Positions 11,031-20,000 of a DNA stretch of 64,000 nt are shown here, one piece after another. Positions within the stretch are counted from its first letter, which is position 1. Each line of letters starts with the position of its first letter. The stretch is from a virus: the IMG/VR virus record IMGVR_UViG_3300050343_000218. One strand, written 5' to 3'. The notes beneath the pieces were generated by a model. The model made no database searches. It worked only from the letters and a program-made list of their open reading frames with translations, and was not told where the DNA came from. The translations under genes and the position numbers were made by a program.

Positions 11031-14000
11031 TTATAGTTTATTCGCAGACATCACGACTGTTCCCTTTGGATATGTGGGTTCGCCGTCAGTGTCATCAAGC
11101 CACCAAGTTCTGAGACCGAAGTAGTCAGCACCACCTGCTTGAATACTAAGTTGCTGGAAGTACATTCGGTATGCGTTGCCATTATTAATTTCTGTTTGGA
11201 TAGTAGCAGGGATATTCAATGTAGTTGTGCTCCAATCTCCCCCAGCAGCATCACCAGAGGACCAAACATTTCCTGCTTTTACATAATTTGTATTTGCAGA
11301 CCAGAACCATAGTTCTAAATCTTGCCCTGGATATTCACCGCCATTAGATCCAGTACCTCGTATATATTCAACAGTAATAGTGTTGTGATTCTGGAAAGAT
11401 TGAATCTCATTAGCTGTACTGAAAGTCCAGTGGATTATTCTATTGCTACCAACGTTACCGCCATAGAATAAGTAATATTGAACATCGGAAATAAATCCTC
11501 CATTGTAACTCAATCCAGTACCACCGTTAGATAGACTCACATATTGCGTAAGTTTGGTGTTAGTCATAGCGGCAAATCTGGAACCTTCTTCCACTGTGCT
11601 CAAAGGATTCAATCTTTGGACTCCTAAGAATCTATCCGATGTGGAAGAAGTGTAAGTCATTTCTTCTCTCTTATCCGCAGCTACATCGGCAATAATTAAC
11701 TTACCGCCAGATGCAGGGAATCCTTTCGTACTGTTTACTAACAGAACATCATCCCCAAAGGTATTATCAAGAATCATAGCTTTGCTGGTAGTTCTGAAAT
11801 GTATTTCGGAACCTTGCTGATAACGGAAGTAGTTTTGATCTCCCTCAGCATATACCTGAGAATTGAGGATATCGGGATTCTCGAAATCGCCAATCGTAAG
11901 GTTTGGATACAAATTAGACCAGAAGTCAAGGTTCATATCACCCATTACATAATTAATCTGCCTACCAGCAGAATCGGTATAGTAACCATTCTGTCCGATA
12001 GAATTATTAGATTGGGGTTGAATTTCAAACTTCATAGACTCCAACGAACCGATAGTCAGTCCAAGAGAACCCGTGTTGTAAGTGTCAAAACCAATCAGAT
12101 TAGGATTATTGAAAGCTCTCTTTTCAATAACACCAGCATTATATTGAACTTTAGTCTCAGTTTTCTTGTACTTAGTAAGTGCACAAGAGATTCCTTGTAC
12201 ACCACCAGTCATCTGAGACTGCAGAACTGTAGTTTCCTTCCAATAGCAACGAACATCTTCTGGTGCCAGATTGATGTAGATCTCAGGCTGAGGATGCATC
12301 TTATTAGTAAGATCCAGAATTTTCTGAATAATTACTCGACCATCATAGTATTTTTTAACTTGATAGATCGGTGCACCAGCATTACCAAATACAAGGTTAT
12401 CACCAGCAGGAGCGTAGGAGTTGAACAGAGTCCAACGGGTCCTATCGCCACCTTTGAAGATGGTTTGCAAGAAGCTTTGAACACCGACAGGAGAGTCAAT
12501 AGTCGGAGGTTCAATACCAAATGTCGTGAAATTGGCAACACTCAGAGGATCCTTACGGAACACAAAGTAACCTCTAGTAAAGAGGATTTGAGGAGGAACT
12601 TTATAACCAGAACCAGAAGAAATAAGCTCGGTATCAACAATTTCTCCACGAACAACAATTGCAGTAGCACGAGCGCCACCACCAGTAGGAGAACCTAAAG
12701 AATCGCCATTAGAATCTGTGACAGGTGAAGATCTAAAGATCATCACGGGAGGTTCGCGATAATTTTTGGAGATCTGAGGATTTAGTTGATCGTCATAAAT
12801 TGAAGATGTAAAGTCATACTCCCCAGGTTCATTATTTGCACTGGCATTCATAGGAACGAATCCGTTACCTAATAAATTCTCACCTTTGTTCCAAACATTT
12901 GCTTGCTTCCATTCTCTGAAAGATTCGTAGTATGCAGAATTGTCTCTTCTAGTCAAGACAACACGATTAACACCACCAGGTTCTAAGTACTGCAATGCGA
13001 TAGCATTTGTACTAGGTGTAGCTTCAACGTAAATTCTTTCTCCAGTACGGAAAGTGTTAACGTCGGGATCTGTATAAACAACGGGAGTAGTGCCATCAAT
13101 ATATTCACTTCTAAATTCAATTGCCTTATCTTTAGGAGCATATGCTTTGACAACTGCTCTCCAAATAACAGGACTAGAAGTATCATTCTGATCTTGATAT
13201 TGAACAACTTCGTCACCAGGTAAGAACTCCACACCTTCAGTTCTAGAAGATTGTAAAGTGTGGAATCTTACTTCAGCGTCGATTTTAGCAATTGCTTGAG
13301 CGCCAAAACCCTCAATCTGTCCAGAATAAGGACCAACGTTAAGAACAACTTCATATTCGTAACTTCTAAAGAAAGAAGACACGATACCAGAAGTATCAGA
13401 ATCATAACCAGAAGTGACCAGTGCATCTCTAGCAGCTCTCACAATACCACGAGTCTCTGCCTCGCCATCAATTTTGATTAAGTCACCCTGACTGAGATTA
13501 GACTTGATTCTATCCTGTCTGTTGAATAGTTTTTCTCTAAAGTCTTCATTGACTTGCTCTTCAACATCTAGAATTTGCAGCTCAATAATAGGAGCAGTTG
13601 ATCCTCTGTCTCTAGTAACACTTAAGGTACCATTCAACCAGTTTGATTTCTGTGCAGTCACACCCTCCACAAAAAGAACATTCTGCTGACCAGGAGTCCA
13701 CGCTTGCTTATAAATTCTACCCCGTGCAAACGAATAAGGATATTCTCTTACAATGTTAGTTACAGGTTCTGTAGAAACCCAACATTGAGCACCTTCCAAA
13801 GGTAGCAAAATCTGTTGATCCAGAGTTAACTTAAAGAACTTCTTAAATGTGCCAGGTGGTTCGATATTATAACCGATCAAAACACGCTCAGGGTCCAAAC
13901 CATAGAAGTAAAGAATGAAGCAAGCAGAACCAAAGGCAGGAGCTTCATTAAATACGACAAGGTTGTCTTCCACACGATATGCTACGCGGTTGACCTGCAT

Positions 14001-17000
14001 AACACCATTCAGGATGACAACGAGATTTTGCGATCTTTCTGAATAGAAAGGAACGCCACTTCTTTCCAAATCGAAGATAGTTTGAGCATCATTAAACTGA
14101 GACTCAATAGAATCCAGTTTGTAATACTTACCTTGCTTGAATCCGAAGAATTTTTGCTGGATACCAGGGTTGATAGAAGATACGCTTTGAGTAGTTGCCG
14201 TAAGAAGAGAAGCTTCAGACTGGATATCTTCACCCTGTAGGAAGTCCTTCTTAGTCATCTCAACTTGAATTCTGTTGGGATTTGGGAAGTCCTGTGCAAC
14301 ATTCAGCAAATGATTGGTATTGTTAAATGCAGCTTCTGAAATTGTTGTAGTGACAATATTGAAAAGAACATTAACTGCAGATTCGACCTGTTGGCAATAT
14401 GGATTAGCAGCATCTATAGTGATTGTCAAATCACGAGTTGGAGTCAAGGTGCTGAACTCAGTTGGCCAAACTAAAGGTAGTGTTCTTGCAACGTTTGCTT
14501 CAAATGTGCTAGGAGTTTGGATAGCATTACCAACCAAATCTACCAAAACACCGATAGCGGATTCTACAGATGCACACTCATTTGTCTCAACAGTAATGCT
14601 GTTATCAAACACCTGAGTGACTCCGTGGGTACCAGCTGGTGTGATAACGTTGTTGCGAATGACATCAGCAGCGAGAGTTTTGACATTTGCAAATACTTGT
14701 AGGGTTTCGGGTACTTTCTGGGTAATATGATTCAGATATCCATCTCTATCGACATAGAGTTCTGCAGCATCCCAGACTTTGTTGTTGCCACCATATTGTA
14801 AGTTCCAAGCTATAGCTTTTAGCATATCCTTAACATCATCGCAACAATCATCAGAACTTCCAGGAGAAGATGCACGAGGATATGCCTTCGCTACTGTGTA
14901 ATTGTCCAGATCACAGGTGAATGAAATACCATTTGTCAACAGTCTGATGCTAGTTCCTTGAGCAAGAGTATGAGTGCCGATATCCAGCATCATCATTCCA
15001 GTCAGAGGATCATAGGTACCGTTAGTAGGTGTGAAAGTTACTTCAGCAGACACACCAACATTAACCGTAAATGTATCAGTGGTAACACTAGTGACTGCTA
15101 ATTGCTGTCCAGATGCAGGGTCAGTAGAACGAGGATAACTATGCGGTGTAGCATTCTGATCCATCGAGCATCTGAATATAAATGCGTCATCTGCAATAGT
15201 AACTGTACTGCTAGTCGTAAGAGTGTGCCCAACAACTGTCATTACAAACTCACCAGTTGCTGGATCGTAAGTAGCATCAGTCGGAGTTAAAGCAGGACCA
15301 GAAGTTACTTGTATTGAATTTGCAGCAACTTCTTGCAATGTATGAGTATAGTTACCACCAGTGATAACAGAATTGGCAAGTGCACTATCGAAAGTATGTG
15401 CATCTATAGAATCTGATTTGCCAACATCGACAGTAATAGTTGTTGCAGTGGCAGAAACAATCGATACAGCAGTATTGAAAGCAGGGTCTGAAATCGTTCC
15501 GCCACCAGCAAGCATCATAGCGACAGCTTCTTCAGCAATGAAGTTACGGTTAGCATTTAATAGATTAGCGCTATCAATAAATTCGTCTGCGACAGCATTT
15601 GTCTTATTGTAAACATCGTTATACTTACCGATGCTATTTGCAGAAGAACTTACAAACGAATGACTATATTGCTCACCAGCTGGTGAAGCACCAACATTTA
15701 TAGTAACATCATCGCCAGAAATTGATACAATAGACAGAATAACACCTGCAGCAGGATCTGTACTGCGAGGATAGCTATGCTGCGTTTGATTGCTATCCTT
15801 ATCGCAAGTAAATACAAGTGAATCAGTTGCAATTGCAACTTTGTCACTAGAAGACAGTTCGTGACCAGGGAGTGTAAGGACTAGGACACCGCTAGATGCT
15901 GTATAAAGAGCATTTGTAGGTGTCATACTGAACGTCGTATCAGCAAAACGTTGTTGACTAGTGAGATTGCCAATACCAAAGTGATTACGAATAGTAAGGA
16001 TAGACATATCCTTAAAATACTTCATCGCCCATAGTGTAGCTTCAACTTCACCTTCAATATGCTTAAGATCCGAGTTAGGGTCAGCAGGATTGAGCAAATA
16101 CTCTTTAGCAGCATCCCAAGTATTACTATTGCCACCAAGTTGCAAATCTCTAGAAATATTTTTCAGAACAGATTTGAGATCAGTGATACACTGGTTTCTA
16201 CCTAGACCAGGATAAGTGAATCCATCAAACTTACTGGTATCATCTAAAATTCCAACAGCTTCTTCAGCAAGAATTGTACTGTTGTCAGCTAATAGATCTG
16301 CAGCATTGAGGAATCTGTGATCGACAAAGTAACGTTTAGCGACAATCTCGCCACGTGCTCCAGATGTCTGTCCAACAACAAAATCATTAACTAAGAAGTT
16401 AGTTGCATCAGTAATATCCAGCTCTAGGATCTTACCAACTTGTCTAGGAGGTTCTGTAAAGGTAACTTCGCCTGCACCACCTTCCACAAGGTTGTATGCG
16501 ACTCCAGGTTCTTGAAGAACACCATCCAAAGAGATGAATACGTGGTCGTCATTGACAATTTCAATACCGAGATCGAAATTAGTACTAGTACCATCAAACT
16601 GTGAGGTAATATTATTTGCCTCAAGCATATAACGGTCATTGTTAATATTGTCTTGGAATTTAATTGACTTACCGTAGAAATTAACTCCAGGAACATTAAT
16701 GCCAGTCTTAGCATCAACAAATGGTCCGAGAGGAGCTTCAGCAAATGTAATTGTACTACCAGAGACAGTATATGCAGTATCGGGATCCTGCAGCACACCA
16801 TCTAGAGTTACCAGCAATTGCTGTGCTTTGTATGGCACCAACGGTTCATTGATATCTTTTTTGAACAGCGTAAAGGTTCTTGTGCCAGTAACCGAACCGT
16901 CTACTTGCACCTCACCATCGAATTCAGGAGATACGGCAAGGTCAAATACCTCGATCTCTACATTGTTACGCTCACTGTAGTTAAGAGTGCCAAGACCACG

Positions 17001-20000
17001 CTGCTGTCTGAATGTATCAACTCTGACGTGAGATTGAGTAATTCTCGTAGCTTTATGACTAGTAGTAACTCCTAAAACACCAGGTTCAATAATACTAATG
17101 ACAGCACCAAAACCATTGTCCTTAGTGCCAGACTGAGGAGTGTCAATAGTTGCTGGTTGCTCGGCATCACCGAAAGATTCGATTAGAACTTCACCAAACA
17201 GGTTAAATCCTGCAGGGTGAGTGAACTTCTTAACAAAGTCTCTCCAGTCATTAATAGAAATGGTGGATTTAACCACATAAGAATAATCTTGATAGTAAAT
17301 ACCATCTTGAATCTTCTGCGACACAGCAGACAGCTTACTACGGTCAGTTTGGAAGTTACCAATCGATGTGCTAGTAGGTCCAATAACAGGATCAATCTTA
17401 GCAACGTAAATCTTCTGAATATCAGCTGTGCTGCGAAGCGCTTCGCCATAAAGAGGATATCGTTGATCAAATTTACCCTGAACCTGCTTAATTCGCAGAA
17501 TGTTCATACCATTGATCCAATAGTCAACACGACCAAATGCGATCATCTTCCCATTGGCATCTCTCTGAGTAATTTGTTCACCATTTAAGAATGCCCTATC
17601 AGGGAAGTTTCTTAAAGTCATCACAATAGGAGGATTGACCTGTGGCAGCAATGATGGATCATTATTAAAGTTTTTACCAGAAGAAATAATCTCTAAAGTG
17701 GCAAGCCTACCAATATTCTCGCCGTGAGCATATAGTTTTGCGTCAGACTCATATAGTCTCACAGTAGTATCAGGACCATATCCAGAACCTTCTTCTGTAG
17801 GCACAATACGACCAACAGCACCTTGATTAGTCAGCTCAACACGGAACTGAGCATTAGCGCCACCACCAGTGTTCTCAAGTAAAACCTTGGGTTGGGAGTA
17901 GTTTAGTCCCGTATCAATAATGTTTACCGAAGTAATCTTGCCATCTTCGATTAAAGGAGTAAATGCACCTCTAAACCTCTTATTCAAGAAGACACCAGGA
18001 AGTTGTGGGGGTAATGTGAAGTTCTTACCACCACTAATAACTTTAACGTTCTTAATGCTACCAATAGCATACAGAGAATCTGTAAAGTACTGAACGTTTG
18101 TAAATCCTTCTTGCTGAGGTGCCTTGGGTAGTCTATAAGCAAATTCGTATTCAAAGCCATAGAATACAGCGTGCTTACCAGCAAATGGATCTTCTACAAG
18201 AGTAAAGAATTGATCTTCCGAATTAATTTTGCTTAAGGGTTCATCATAATAGATTTTAGGAGGAACAGCAATAACTGGTTTTTGCTCCCAATTAGTTCCG
18301 TCAATAGGAATACCGTAACCTAGCTGGAAAGAAGTGTATGAACCAGAGAATCCAGGTTTTTCGATGGACTCAAATGCCTGAAGAAGATTTCTAGTTCTAT
18401 AAACATTCTCGTAGAACTTAAGATGTCTACCAACCAAGGTAGGACTACTAGTATCAAAGATGTATCGATATGTTCTTTGAATATCAAGACTAATGTTCTT
18501 AAACCATTCAGACTCACCATCTTTACGGAATCTGAATCTGAGAGACGTGTCAGTAACACTATCAATCTGTGCTTGCTTGGTTGGAGTGCTTTCATCTACA
18601 AAAATAGAATTATCTGCAATAATCTGGTCACCCTCATTTACATAGTAAACATCAAGCTGTTGCGTAGATGGATCATAGTTATCAACATATGCATTACTAG
18701 ATCCAAAATTAACAACACTGTCTTTAGTAAATCTATATGTCTTTGTGACCAATTCTACGGCAATGTCATCTAAATGATCGACAATTTCTGTATTTTGAGC
18801 TCCTCTGATAACTGTAATGATATTTCCAGTTACACTGACAACTTCTAATCTTTCTTCAGTGATTTGTATGATATCTCCAGTAGAAATACCATTTGAGTTG
18901 TCAACGATCAATTCAGTTTCATTGTAACCAAATCCAGCTGCATCAACAAAGAAAGATGGTTTCTGACTTTGCACATTGCCACCAAGTGTGCCAACCGCTA
19001 CACTGACTACATCACCGTATTGATATCCAGCACCGCCATCAGCAATCACAGCAGTTGCAACTCTACCGTTGGCATCTGTAGTAATATTAAGCGAACCGTG
19101 AGTCACACCAAGTCTGCCTTCGCCAAAGAATTCTGCAGTGACGCCAGTATAAGTTTGACTTGGCGCAAATGATGTTCCAGCACCAATAATAGAAATTCTA
19201 GAAAGACCAGAATAATTAATCGCAGTAGATCTTTCAATATTATTCAGCTGAATAGTATGATACTTCTTAGTTTCTACATCATACCTTTGAGTAGCGATAC
19301 TTGAGTTTGGTTCGACAGTAACGATGACATCATCACCAACCGCAAGACCGTGGAATTTATCTTTAGTTTTCAGTACCGCAATATTATCTTCGATGTCAAG
19401 AAGTTTAAAATCTTTAGAAAGAGATCTAATATTGACAATAGTTGCAGAAACAGCACCAATGTTGACTCCGTTACCAATAGCAAAATATCCAATGTTGGTA
19501 TAACTACTTCTTGGAATTGTGATGGTTGTAACGCCATCTTCGTCTAGTGTTGTGTTCTCGTCAGGGTTTGCAAGCTGCAATTCGACAATAACTGTATTTT
19601 TGTCAAAAACGTTTCTTAAAACCTTACCAACAGCAACTTCGTGAGCAACACCAGCAGACTGCACTTGTAAAACCACTTCGCTGCCAATATCAGCGATAAT
19701 AGTGTTGTCAAATGTCAGATTGTAAATTTCGGTTGTGGAACTAATAGTATCGGTTAAATTGAAAGTTCCTGTAACATCTTTTACAACAAAACGATCATTT
19801 TCTTCAATTTGACCAATTACCTTAGCAGAAGCTCCAGTATTGTTCTGAGTAATCACAGTTTCGTGATTTAGGAACAATATGTTGTTTGTAATCAGATAAT
19901 TGTTCTTTGGATTATTGCAAGACAGTTGTTCAACTTCTTGTCCTTGAATTTCATTGACAGCAGCAAATAAACCATCTCCACTGTCATTTGCTGCATTATC

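Noticed and set aside
11799-12698. 299-aa plus-strand ORF
   Set aside because: Antisense shadow of gp7 with no start context or recognisable motifs. The same applies to the many 60-190-aa plus-strand ORFs over the structural genes.
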